Below, piece by piece: positions 39,607-49,165 of a stretch of 64,000 nucleotides of DNA; position 1 is the stretch's first letter; the number at the start of each line of letters is the position of its first letter. The notes beneath the pieces were generated by a model. That model made no database searches. It was not told the origin of the DNA and worked only from the letters and a program-made list of their open reading frames with translations. The DNA is taken from NCBI GenBank assembly GCA_046299515.1, contig JBKBID010000003.1, forward strand, positions 42,345 through 106,344, written 5' to 3'. Source of the DNA: Thermoflexales bacterium. Lineage in GTDB: Bacteria > Chloroflexota > Anaerolineae > J036 > Brachytrichaceae. The position numbers and the translations under genes were made by a program.

Positions 39607-41154
39607 ATGGAAGCATTGATCGTGATCGAAGCCGTCATCGGGGTGATCGCGGCGGCGGTGGTCGGGTGGCTGGCCTATCGCGTCGGCCGCCAGCAGGCAA
39701 AGGACGAAGGGACCGTGCTGCGCGCCGAGGCGGAGAAGACGCTGAGCGAGGCGCAAGCCAAGGCGCGCCAGATGCTGGTCGAAGCCAAGGATGAAGTCAT
39801 TAAGATTCGCGACGAGGCGGATCGGGAGATCAAAGAGAAGCGGCTGGAGCTGCAGCGCGAAGACGACCGGCTGAAGAAACGCCGCGAAGAGCTGGATAGC
39901 CAGCGCGATCGCATCGAGCAGCGCGAGAAGAAGCTGAACCAGCGCCAGTCGGCGCTGGACAAGCGCGAAGCGGAGCTGGAGCGCCTGCAAAAGGAACGGG
40001 TGGCCGCGCTGGAAGCAAAGCTGGAGGAAGTGGCCGGCATGACGCGCGAGGACGCGCGCAACGAACTGCTGGCCGCCGTGCGCGAGACGGCGCGCAACGA
40101 CATGGCGCGGGTGATCCGCGAGGTCGAGGCGCAAGTGCGCGAGACGGCCGAGCAGCGCGCCCGCAAGCTGGTGATTGAGACGATGCAGCGCGTCGCGACG
40201 GACGTTGTGGCCGAGCGCGCCGTGACCACCATCGAGCTGCCCAGCGAGGAAGCCAAAGGGCGCATCATCGGCCGCAATGGCCGCAACGTGCAGGCCTTCG
40301 AGCAAGCCGCCGGCGTGGACGTGATCGTGGACGACACGCCGGAGACGGTGACGATTTCTTGCTTCGACCCGGTGCGGCGCGAGATCGCCCGGCGCGCGTT
40401 GGAGTCGCTGGTGCGCGACGGGCGCATCCATCCTACGCGCATCGAGAAGGCGCTCGAAGACGCGCGGCGAGACGTGGAGCGCATCATGGCCGAGGAAGGC
40501 GAACGCGCCACGGTCGAGGCCGGCGTGCCCGGCTTGCCCACCGAGATCGTCAAGACGCTCGGCCGGCTAAAGTACCGCACGAGCTACGGCCAGAACCAGC
40601 TCTACCATTCGGTCGAGACGGCCAAGCTGGCCGGCCTGCTGGCATCCGAGCTGAAAGCCGACGTGAAGGTGTGCAAGATGGGCGGCCTGCTGCACGACAT
40701 CGGCAAGGCGCTGGACCGGGAAAGCGAAGGCACACACGTGCAGCTCGGCGTGGACTTGCTGCGCCGGTTCAACATCAACCCAAAGGTGATCCACTGCGTC
40801 GAGTCGCACCATCACGACGTGCCGCAGGAGACGCTGGAAGCGGTGATCGTCGAGATCGCCGACGCGATCAGCGGTTCGCGGCCCGGCGCGCGCCGCGAGA
40901 CGTTGGAGACCTACGTCAAGCGCGTGCGCCAGCTCGAGGAGACCGCCAAGTCGTTCAAAGGCGTGAGCGAAGCTTATGCGGTGCAGGCCGGCCGCGAGCT
41001 GCGCGTCATCGTCAAGCCGGAAGCGGTGGACGACCTGACGTGCATCCAGCTCAGCCGCGACATTGCCAAGCGCATCGAGGAGACGATGGAGTATCCCGGC
41101 CAAATCAAGGTCACCGTGGTGCGCGAGATGCGGGCGATCGAGTATGCGAAGTAG
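39607..41154 (+). CDS. rny: Ribonuclease Y
   Basis: N-terminal TM, coiled coil, KH (GRIIGRNGRN), HD (LLHDIGK), AVQAGRELRV. Confidence 0.98.
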   Translation: MEALIVIEAVIGVIAAAVVGWLAYRVGRQQAKDEGTVLRAEAEKTLSEAQAKARQMLVEAKDEVIKIRDEADREIKEKRLELQREDDRLKKRREELDSQRDRIEQREKKLNQRQSALDKREAELERLQKERVAALEAKLEEVAGMTREDARNELLAAVRETARNDMARVIREVEAQVRETAEQRARKLVIETMQRVATDVVAERAVTTIELPSEEAKGRIIGRNGRNVQAFEQAAGVDVIVDDTPETVTISCFDPVRREIARRALESLVRDGRIHPTRIEKALEDARRDVERIMAEEGERATVEAGVPGLPTEIVKTLGRLKYRTSYGQNQLYHSVETAKLAGLLASELKADVKVCKMGGLLHDIGKALDRESEGTHVQLGVDLLRRFNINPKVIHCVESHHHDVPQETLEAVIVEIADAISGSRPGARRETLETYVKRVRQLEETAKSFKGVSEAYAVQAGRELRVIVKPEAVDDLTCIQLSRDIAKRIEETMEYPGQIKVTVVREMRAIEYAK

Positions 41155-41216
41155 AATTGCGAGGTCCAACTCGCACACAGTTGAGAAACGCGCATGTCAA
41201 GAATGAGGTAAGAGCG

Positions 41217-41957
41217 ATGTCAGGTCATAGCAAATGGGCAACGATCAAACGCGCCAAGAGCGCCAACGACGCCAAGCGCGGCGCGATGTTCACGCGGCTC
41301 GCCCGCGAAATTGCGATTGCGGCGCGTGAAGGCGGCGGCAACCCCGACGCCAACTTCCGCCTGCGCCTGGCGATAGACAAGGCGCGCGCCGCGAACATGC
41401 CGAAGGAGAACATCGAACGGGCAATCGCCCGCGGCACCGGCCAAGTCGGCGAAGCGGAAGCGCTGGAGGAGATCATCTACGAGGGCTACTTGCCGCACAA
41501 GGTGCCCGTCATGATTCAAGTGTTGACGGACAACCGCAACCGCACCGTGGCTGAAGTGCGCAAGGTGCTCACGCGCGCCGGCGGCCAACTCGAAGGCGCT
41601 GCCGTGTCCTGGCAATTTCAACGCAAAGGGGTGATCGTGATCGAGCGCAAGGCCGGGGTGAATCCGGATGCGGTGTTTGAAGTCGCGCTCGAGGCCGGCG
41701 CTGACGACATTGACATCGGCGAAGAAGCCATCGAGATCACCACCTCCGTCGAGAGCTTCCGCGATGTGCGCGAGGCGCTCGTCAAGCAGGGTTACGAGCT
41801 GGCCAGCGCCGAGATCGCCCTGGTGCCGAACAGCTATATGGAGCTGGAGCGCGACAAGGCGGAACAGGTCCTCCACGTCATTGATGCGCTGGAGGAGATG
41901 GACGACGTACAGCAGGTGTATCACAACCTGCAGATCCCCGACGAAGTTGCAGCGTGA
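41217..41957 (+). CDS. yebC: YebC/PmpR family protein
   Basis: MSGHSKWATIK, NPDANFRLR, NMPKENIERAI, TDNRNRT, DDVQQVYHN. Confidence 0.96.
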   Translation: MSGHSKWATIKRAKSANDAKRGAMFTRLAREIAIAAREGGGNPDANFRLRLAIDKARAANMPKENIERAIARGTGQVGEAEALEEIIYEGYLPHKVPVMIQVLTDNRNRTVAEVRKVLTRAGGQLEGAAVSWQFQRKGVIVIERKAGVNPDAVFEVALEAGADDIDIGEEAIEITTSVESFRDVREALVKQGYELASAEIALVPNSYMELERDKAEQVLHVIDALEEMDDVQQVYHNLQIPDEVAA

Positions 41958-41960
41958 CCG

Positions 41961-42452
41961 GTGATCGCTATCGGCATAGACCCCGGCATCGCGACGACCG
42001 GCTACGGCATCGTGCGCGAAGGAGCGGACGGTCGGCCGATCGCGCTGGCGCACGGCGTCATCGAGACGCCCAAAGGCGAAACGCTGCCGCGCCGGCTGCA
42101 GATGTTGCAGCAGCAACTCGACGCGCTGATCGCGACCTGGCAACCCAGCGAAGCCGCCGTCGAAGAACTGTTCTTCGCCGCCAACGCCAAGACGGCGATG
42201 ACCGTCGGCCAGGCGCGCGGCGTGGTGTTGCTCACGCTGTGCAACGCGCAGATCGAGGTGCATGAATACACCCCCCTGCAGGTCAAGCAGGCCATCTCCG
42301 GCTACGGCCAGGCCGACAAGCGCCAGATGCAGGAGATGGTGCGGCTGTTGCTCGATCTGCCGTCCATCCCCAAGCCCGACGACGCAGCCGACGCGCTCGC
42401 CATCGCCGTCACCCATCTGCAGAGCCGCCGGTGGGTCAAGCTGAACGCCTGA
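41961..42452 (+). CDS. ruvC: Holliday junction resolvase RuvC
   Basis: GIDPG...TGYG, EELFF, GQARGV, YTPLQVK, DDAADALA. Confidence 0.97.
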   Translation: MIAIGIDPGIATTGYGIVREGADGRPIALAHGVIETPKGETLPRRLQMLQQQLDALIATWQPSEAAVEELFFAANAKTAMTVGQARGVVLLTLCNAQIEVHEYTPLQVKQAISGYGQADKRQMQEMVRLLLDLPSIPKPDDAADALAIAVTHLQSRRWVKLNA

Positions 42453-42498
42453 TTTCGCGCGGCATGACCTGCTCGTCCAGACCGCCCGGCTCCCCGCT

Positions 42499-43074
42499 GT
42501 GATTTCCAGAATTCGCGGCGTTGTGCTCAGCCTGAAGCCCCCGATCGCCATTGTGGATGTGCAAGGGGTGGGCTTTCGCGTGCTGTGCTCGCAAGCTGCG
42601 CTCGATGGGCTTACCCTTGGCCGGCCTTGCGACCTGCACACGCGCCTCATCGTCCGCGAGGACGAGCTGGCGCTCTACGGCTTTGCCGGCGAGGAAGAGG
42701 TCGAATGGTTCTCGCTGCTGCTCGGTGTGCAGGGCGTCGGCGCGCGCACAGCGCTGGCGCTGCTGTCGAAGCTGCCGCCGGATGCGCTGCGCCAGGCCAT
42801 CGCCAACCAGCAAGTCGAGACGCTCGCCCGCGCGCCCGGCGTGGGCAAGAAAACGGCGGAGAAGATCATCTTCGCGCTTCGCAGCAAGCTGGGCGAATTG
42901 GACGCGCTGCCGGCCGGCGCGCCGCTCTCGGCCATGGATGCCGAGGTGATCGCGGCGTTGACGGCGCTTGGCTATAGCGTGGCCGAGGCGCAGCAGGCGC
43001 TGGCATCGCTGCCGCGCGACGCGCAACTCGACCTCGAAGAGAAGATCCGTCGCGCGCTAGCTTACTTCGGCTAA
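42499..43074 (+). CDS. ruvA: Holliday junction branch migration protein RuvA
   Basis: VRED...LYGF, two HhH motifs (GVGARTAL, PGVGKKTA), ALTALGYS. Confidence 0.96.
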   Translation: MISRIRGVVLSLKPPIAIVDVQGVGFRVLCSQAALDGLTLGRPCDLHTRLIVREDELALYGFAGEEEVEWFSLLLGVQGVGARTALALLSKLPPDALRQAIANQQVETLARAPGVGKKTAEKIIFALRSKLGELDALPAGAPLSAMDAEVIAALTALGYSVAEAQQALASLPRDAQLDLEEKIRRALAYFG

Positions 43075-43185
43075 CGCATTGCGCCGCATGTCGCCCACGA
43101 GTGCGCGGGCGGCGCCGCTTCGCAGCAGGCGCAGGCAAGCGCCGTGCGCGATCCGCAGCGCTCTCAGGGCGTAGAATCCGGCATC

Positions 43186-44853
43186 ATGCAAGCCACCGAG
43201 ACCGAGTCGCTGCCCGCACCGGCGCTCGCGCCTCTGCCGGCTGACCCGATTTCAACGGGGCGCGCGCCTCGGACGAATCCCGTCGGCGTCCAACGTCGGA
43301 TCGCCTGGGCTGCAGCCATCACCTCGCTCGGCAACCTGAGCAGCCGCGTGATCGGCCTGGCGCGCGAGATGGTCAAGTCGTTCTATTTCGGCAACGGCCA
43401 GGCAGCCAGCGCCTTCGAGTTGGCGGCGAACATCCCCACGCAGTTCTACGATCTGCTCGTGGGCGGCATGCTCAGCTCGGCGCTGGTGCCGACGCTCAGC
43501 GGGCTGGCCGCGCAGGAGGACGACGAGGCCCGGCGGCGCGAGTTTGGCGCGCTGCTCGGCGCGCTGATCGGCCTGTTCACGCTTGGCCTGTCGGTTCTCA
43601 TCGCCATCTTGTGGCTGTGCGCGACGCCGATCGCGCGCCTCATCGGCGGCGGCCCAAACCAGGATGCTGAACTCGTGGCTTCGCTGCTGCGCATCACCAT
43701 CCCGGCGATCCTGTTCTTGAACCTGAGCGGGATCGTGAGCGCGGCGCTCTTCGCCCGGCACAAGTTCGGTTTCACGGCGTTCACGGCCACGGTCTTCAAC
43801 CTGACGCTGATCGTGTGTATGGCGCTGTTCGAGTCGCGGCTGGGCGTAGCGTCGCTGGCGCTGGGGCTGCTGGCCGGCAGCGCGGCGCAGGTGCTGATTC
43901 AGCTCCCCGGCCTGCGCGGCGTGCCGATCAAGCTGTCGTTGAACTGGCGCTTGCCCGGCGTATCCCAAATCATCCGGCTGTTCCTGCCGGTGGCCGGTGG
44001 GCTGGCGCTGGCGCAGATCGCCGTGCAGGCCAGTTTTATCTTCGCCGGCCGCATCAGCGCCGAAGGGCCATCCACCATGCGCTACGCCGCTCAGGTGATC
44101 CAATTCCCGCTGGGCATGATCGTCACTGCCGTATCGGCGGCGATCCTGCCTTCGCTCTCGGCGGCGCGCGGCGAGGCGTTCAAGGCGACGCTGGCGCAAG
44201 GGCTGCGGCTGGTGTGGGTGCTCATCGCGCCGGCGACCGTCGGGCTATACGTGCTGGCGACGCCGGTGATCGCGCTGCTCTTTCAACACGGCGCGTTTAC
44301 GGCGGAGAGCACGGCCTACACGGCCATCGCGTTGCGCGCGGCAGCGCCCGGTTTGTTGTTCGCCGCCATAGACACGCCGCTGATCTTCGCGTTCTACGCC
44401 CGACGCGACACGCGCACGCCGACGTTGATCGGGCTGGTCTCGACAGCGTTCTACCTAGTCCTCATCGGCGGGCTGGCCCAGGCGTCGCAAGCCGGCATAC
44501 GCCCGTTCACCTTGGCCGACCTGATCCTGGCCAACTCGCTCAAGACCGGGGTGGACGCGACGCTCATGGGATTCTTCCTCTGGCGCAAGATCGGCGGCCT
44601 AAGCGGCTACGGGTTGGCCGGCTTGATCGCAAAGGTCAGCTTGGCCTCAATGGTGATGGGCGGCGCAGTATGGCTGGTCATGTCGGCATTGCTGACGCGC
44701 TTCGGGCTGGAGACGCGGGCGGCGCAAGCGTCGGTCGCCATCGGCGCAGCGCTGGCCGGCGCCGCCGTGTACACCCTGTGCGCTTCGGCGTTGCGCATAC
44801 CGGAATGGGTGGCGGTCAGCAGCGCCGCGCGCCGACGATTGGGGATGGGATGA
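43186..44853 (+). CDS. murJ: Lipid II flippase MurJ
   Basis: SRVIGLAREM, ANIP..FY.LLVGG.LSSALVP, QFPLGM, FYARRDTRTP. Confidence 0.93.
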   Translation: MQATETESLPAPALAPLPADPISTGRAPRTNPVGVQRRIAWAAAITSLGNLSSRVIGLAREMVKSFYFGNGQAASAFELAANIPTQFYDLLVGGMLSSALVPTLSGLAAQEDDEARRREFGALLGALIGLFTLGLSVLIAILWLCATPIARLIGGGPNQDAELVASLLRITIPAILFLNLSGIVSAALFARHKFGFTAFTATVFNLTLIVCMALFESRLGVASLALGLLAGSAAQVLIQLPGLRGVPIKLSLNWRLPGVSQIIRLFLPVAGGLALAQIAVQASFIFAGRISAEGPSTMRYAAQVIQFPLGMIVTAVSAAILPSLSAARGEAFKATLAQGLRLVWVLIAPATVGLYVLATPVIALLFQHGAFTAESTAYTAIALRAAAPGLLFAAIDTPLIFAFYARRDTRTPTLIGLVSTAFYLVLIGGLAQASQAGIRPFTLADLILANSLKTGVDATLMGFFLWRKIGGLSGYGLAGLIAKVSLASMVMGGAVWLVMSALLTRFGLETRAAQASVAIGAALAGAAVYTLCASALRIPEWVAVSSAARRRLGMG

Positions 44854-45353
44854 TGGAAATCCAACGCCGAATCCGCACCGTGGCGGTCGTCAAAGCGATT
44901 GTCGCAGCCGGCTTCCTGCTCATTGTGCTCTTCACGCTGCGCCACCCGATCAGCATCGCCTTCGGCTTGGCCGACCTTGCGCTCATCCCGTTCTTCCTCT
45001 GGCTGGCGCGGCGACACCCCCGCGCCGCAGCCTACGGGCTAACAGCGCAGACGGCGCTCTTCCTCACGCCGCGCCAGTTCGCGCAGGGCTACGTCAACGG
45101 CGTGAACTGGCCGATCTACATCGTGCTGCCGCTGATCGCCGGCTATGTGCTGATGGAGCAGCGCGCCGCGCTGGTCGGCGGCGCATTGACCGGCCTGGTC
45201 GCCGCGCCGGCCATGTTCTTCGCCGCGCTCACCCTACCGCCGGGGATCACCCGCGCCGACGTGTTGACGCTGGCGACATTTGTGATCGGGCTAACCACAG
45301 CCGTCGCGCTCATCGCGCGCGAGATGACGACGGATTCATCATCGAAGCAATGA
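44850..45353 (+). CDS. Hypothetical membrane protein (167 aa, about 5-6 TM)
   Basis: ATGA overlap with the murJ stop; several hydrophobic segments; no recognisable catalytic motif. Confidence 0.75.
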   Translation: MMEIQRRIRTVAVVKAIVAAGFLLIVLFTLRHPISIAFGLADLALIPFFLWLARRHPRAAAYGLTAQTALFLTPRQFAQGYVNGVNWPIYIVLPLIAGYVLMEQRAALVGGALTGLVAAPAMFFAALTLPPGITRADVLTLATFVIGLTTAVALIAREMTTDSSSKQ

Positions 45354-45440
45354 CCGCGCCCGGCAACGGCGGCGCAGCACTCTCCGCCTCAGGCAGCGTT
45401 CTGCGATGCGCGCTTATGGGTCATCGCGCCGTCAGCGGCA

Positions 45441-47459
45441 TCATGGAATGCGCTCAGGCGGCGCGACCAGCGGCTCGACACCGATGCGGAGGATGGCCGA
45501 GGGTTGATCCACGACGGTGGAGAAGCCGAACAGCGGGACATTGACGCGCACCGGCCCATCGTTCACCACGGAGACCCGCACGCGACCGTCGGAGTCGGTG
45601 AACGCCTGACCGAGCGGCGCGCCGCTTTGTTCATCCGACAGGCGCACCGGCGCGCCGATGATGCCCTCGCCTGGGTCAAGCTGGCCGTTGCGATTGCGAT
45701 CGTTGAACACTTGCACGTCAATCAAAAGCACGCGCGGCGTAGGCGTGGGCGCAACGGTCGGCTGCGATGGGCTAGGCGCTACCGGCCGAACAACCAGATT
45801 CTGCGCCGGCCGTGGCGAGGGGAAAGGCGTTGGCGTGGCCTCGGGCGGCGGCGGCGTCGGCGGCAACGGCGGAGGCGTCGCCGTGGGTGGGAAGGGATTC
45901 GGCGTGGGCGTCGGCGTGGCTGGGATGCCGATGTTGCAGATGAGCGAATAGCTGCGGATTTGGCCCTCGTTCGCGCGCGGCGGGTTCACCTCGCCGATTA
46001 AGATATAAGCGTAGCCGGTGTATCCCGAAAGCCAGACGAAGCGACTCTCGAACCGACCGATCGCTTTGTTTTCCGGCGAGATGTCGTCGTTGCCGCCAAT
46101 GCCCACGCGATCCTGGTTATAGACGATGATGTTGGTATCCGCGCCGCCGGCCAGGTCGAGCGTCTCGCAGGTGTAATACACGCCCTGCTTCACCGGCATG
46201 CGGAAGAAATCATTGTCCACCGTGTCGGGCGAAGGGGGCTGGAACGGCACGAAGTTGAGGTTGTCATACTTGACGCCGGGCGCAATGAGTGTGGCGCTGT
46301 CGAAATCGCCGTTGTATTCAAAGCGGTCGGCCCCTGCCGGAAATGGCGTCGGCGGAGGAGTCGGCGTGGGCGTGCCGGGCGCGAGTTCGACCACGGTCAA
46401 GCTGTAGGTCTGTCCGCCTATTCGGGGCGAACGATCCTTGTTCCACAGCTTAATCCAATACACCCCTTCATAGGGCGCGACGAAGATCACCTGCGAGCCG
46501 CGATCCAGCGGCTGGTAATCATCGTTTGCGGCAACTAAACCTACGTTGGTGAACAAATTGTTCGGCGGCAACTGGTCGTTGCGATAAATAAACAGTTCGG
46601 TGTCCACGCCGGGCTGCACGGCGGTCGTCACGCGATAGGTGGAGCCGGCTCGGCCGTAGAAGAAATACCAGTCCACATCTCCCTCGTGGAAGACCGGCGG
46701 TCCGCCATTCGAACCCAACGCAGAGGTGTAGAAATTCAAGTTGGTAAGCTGCTGGCCAACGTTGATAAAGCTGACGTTGGTCTGGGTCACTTGCTGCGGG
46801 GAGTTATTCGGCTCATACGCATCCGGCACGGCGCCCAGCGGCGTCGGCGTCGGCGGCGGCGGCGGCGGCGTAGGGGTAATCGTAAGGTCGGATTGACACA
46901 CCAACAGCAAGTAGGTCTTCTGTTCGGGATTTAAGACCGAGGGGTTGGTGGCGCCGACGCGAACGAAATATTGCGATCCCAAATTTAAGTTGTATGTGGT
47001 CAGCGTGATGGGCTGGGCATACGTGACGATGCCGCCGGCAAGCACGTTGCTCCCCGTCGCATCGAGGAGCTGAACCAGAAGGCTGAGGTCATTGGAAGCC
47101 CCTCCCTGGACGGTGACCACCACAGTGATCACGCGCTGCGCGGCCGGCACAAAACGGTAGTAGTCTATATCGCTGGCGGGCGGAATAATCCCCCCACGAT
47201 ACAGGGTTAAATTGGGAATGGGAAATGCCGTGGAACAGGTCGCAATCGGTATCGCCGAAGCCGTGCCGGTCGAGTCGTTGTTGATCGGGCCGGCGTCATA
47301 CGTGTCGGTGAAGATATTGGTTTGAAGGCGCGGCGCATGCAGACTCCACATGCTGGGCGAGCTTGCCCGCGCCGGGGAAGCGCTTAACCACCAAGCGGCA
47401 ACCGCAGCAGTCAGCGCCGTCGCTGCCAGCAACGCAAACAGAACCACTCTGCTACGCAT
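45441..47459 (-). CDS. Secreted protein with three PPC-like beta-sandwich modules, Pro/Thr linkers and C-terminal SdrD-B/Cna-like domain
   Basis: Signal peptide ending ARA; repeated D.YE.N / D.D.(Y/F)F / DT....Y / NDD modules; (PT)n linkers; VFNDRNRNGQLDPGE. Confidence 0.8.
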   Translation of the reverse strand: MRSRVVLFALLAATALTAAVAAWWLSASPARASSPSMWSLHAPRLQTNIFTDTYDAGPINNDSTGTASAIPIATCSTAFPIPNLTLYRGGIIPPASDIDYYRFVPAAQRVITVVVTVQGGASNDLSLLVQLLDATGSNVLAGGIVTYAQPITLTTYNLNLGSQYFVRVGATNPSVLNPEQKTYLLLVCQSDLTITPTPPPPPPTPTPLGAVPDAYEPNNSPQQVTQTNVSFINVGQQLTNLNFYTSALGSNGGPPVFHEGDVDWYFFYGRAGSTYRVTTAVQPGVDTELFIYRNDQLPPNNLFTNVGLVAANDDYQPLDRGSQVIFVAPYEGVYWIKLWNKDRSPRIGGQTYSLTVVELAPGTPTPTPPPTPFPAGADRFEYNGDFDSATLIAPGVKYDNLNFVPFQPPSPDTVDNDFFRMPVKQGVYYTCETLDLAGGADTNIIVYNQDRVGIGGNDDISPENKAIGRFESRFVWLSGYTGYAYILIGEVNPPRANEGQIRSYSLICNIGIPATPTPTPNPFPPTATPPPLPPTPPPPEATPTPFPSPRPAQNLVVRPVAPSPSQPTVAPTPTPRVLLIDVQVFNDRNRNGQLDPGEGIIGAPVRLSDEQSGAPLGQAFTDSDGRVRVSVVNDGPVRVNVPLFGFSTVVDQPSAILRIGVEPLVAPPERIP

Positions 47460-47578
47460 GGGCATTCCTCGCTGGCGAGTATTTTATATTGGCGGCCGCA
47501 GACTTTCATGACGACATGCATACGATTGCCCTTCTCAATCCCACGCTTGGCCGGTTCACACAACAACGGAACACTGCA

Positions 47579-49150
47579 TCATCGCCACTGCGCATAGGGC
47601 GAGGCTGCCACTGCGCCGATCAGCGGGCGCAGGCGCGGCGAGTCGCTGTTGATGGTAGCGGTGGAGTTGCCGTCGCCCAGGTAGTTGATGAGCGATGTCC
47701 GGTCGTCCGGGTGGATGGCGCGCCCGATGAAGCGCTCGATCAGTACATCCACCACCTCGGTTGCTGTCTTGGGCAGTCCCAGCGTGGTTTGCAAGGTGGT
47801 ATTGCTCGGCGCGCTCGTTATGCTGGTCTGATCGCCGAAGAAGCGCGCGACGAGCATGTTGGCCAGCGTCCAGCGGCCAAAGACTTGGTTAGCGTTCCAC
47901 CAGGCGATGGCGACGTCGGGATAGCCCGTTGGCGCGCTCAGCCCGAACAGCTCCTGGCCCAGCAGACCGATGTAGCGTTGGAATTGGCGCGGGCCGTTTC
48001 TGCTCCAGTCATCAGGCAATAGATTGACCATTTCGCTCAAACCCATCGCCCGCATAGTGGAGACGATCCACTCGAACGGCCGCTTGACCTTCTGGCCCCA
48101 GCTCTGCGCGAACTTTGGGTGCAACAAGATCGCGCGCACAGTTTGGCGGATGTCACCGTACGAGGTGAGGAAGGCTTGCGCGCCGGCCTCGATTGCGTCG
48201 GGGCAGAACTGTTGAGGCCTATCGCTGATGAAACGCCGACACAGCTTGAACGAGATGAAGTAGGCTGTGCTGGGGTGCTCGGCCAGAATGTCGAGCAACT
48301 GCTCGCCTTGCTCAATGCCGCCGTGTGGAAAGTAGTAGAGGTCATCGTTGCCGAGCCAAAGCCGTTTCTCTGTCCAGTCGTGCTTGGGCCATTGGAGAGT
48401 TGCGTTGAAGTAGAACGCTTCGTCGGAGGACCGCACGTTCGTCCATCCGCTGAGGATGCGCGCTGCATCATGAACGTCATCCTCTGTGTAGTTGGGACGC
48501 ACGCCATAGCCCGGGCCAGGCACGTAGCTGTAGCTCCCGACTGTGTGCAGCTCGAACAGCTCGCGCGCGTAGTTCTCGTTAGGGTTTGCGCCGTCGTTGT
48601 AGCGGTTGCTCAAAAAGCGCAGCATGGAAGGGCTTTTTGCGCTGGCTTCCAGCAAGTCGCGGAAGTTGCCCATGGCGTGCTGGCGAATCACATGGTAGTC
48701 CTCCCAGTATTTGGTGTGGGACGTGAGGATGTCGGTGTGAAAGTGATTCGTCCAAAAGTCCACCATCACCTCGAAGAGCTGGCGCTTGCTGAGCAAGGCG
48801 CGCGCATAGGTCGCCGTCCATAGGTAGCGTTGAAGGGCGCGATGACGCCCTGAGCCACTAGGATCCTCGACGTATTGCTTCAGCTCAGCCAGCGAGGCGT
48901 CCAGCGGCGGCACAGTGCTGCCGTCTGCTGCCGTTCGTGACATGCTCGCCAGGTAGCTCTCGCATGCTGAGTCGTCTATGTCCTCGTAAGCCAGTTGCTG
49001 ATCAACAAAGGTGGTCAAATCGAACGTGCCGAACGAAGGTATGTCCTCTGGGCGCGGACCGAAGGCGATGCGGTTCCAGGCTAGCCGTGCCAGCGAAGGA
49101 GGAGCGCCCGGAGGGTTATCGGAGGATACAGCGAACGGAGCTGTGATCAT
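47579..49150 (-). CDS. DUF1800 family protein
   Basis: NRIAFGP, LFEVMVDFWTNHF, ENYARELFELHTVG, YTEDDV...ARILSGW, KVKRPFE, PTGYPD. Confidence 0.9.
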   Translation of the reverse strand: MITAPFAVSSDNPPGAPPSLARLAWNRIAFGPRPEDIPSFGTFDLTTFVDQQLAYEDIDDSACESYLASMSRTAADGSTVPPLDASLAELKQYVEDPSGSGRHRALQRYLWTATYARALLSKRQLFEVMVDFWTNHFHTDILTSHTKYWEDYHVIRQHAMGNFRDLLEASAKSPSMLRFLSNRYNDGANPNENYARELFELHTVGSYSYVPGPGYGVRPNYTEDDVHDAARILSGWTNVRSSDEAFYFNATLQWPKHDWTEKRLWLGNDDLYYFPHGGIEQGEQLLDILAEHPSTAYFISFKLCRRFISDRPQQFCPDAIEAGAQAFLTSYGDIRQTVRAILLHPKFAQSWGQKVKRPFEWIVSTMRAMGLSEMVNLLPDDWSRNGPRQFQRYIGLLGQELFGLSAPTGYPDVAIAWWNANQVFGRWTLANMLVARFFGDQTSITSAPSNTTLQTTLGLPKTATEVVDVLIERFIGRAIHPDDRTSLINYLGDGNSTATINSDSPRLRPLIGAVAASPYAQWR

Positions 49151-49165
49151 GTCTGCCTCACCTAA

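Noticed and set aside
40359-41216. RNase Y-YebC or other fusion suggested by the 532-aa ORF
   Set aside because: The upstream part is an alternate frame of rny; YebC has its own SD and canonical MSGHSKW start at 41217. The 43815-45353 ORF is the same kind of artefact.
41961-43074. ruvB absent from the ruvC-ruvA pair
   Set aside because: ruvB is often encoded separately; uninformative without the rest of the genome. The same holds for pheS without pheT.
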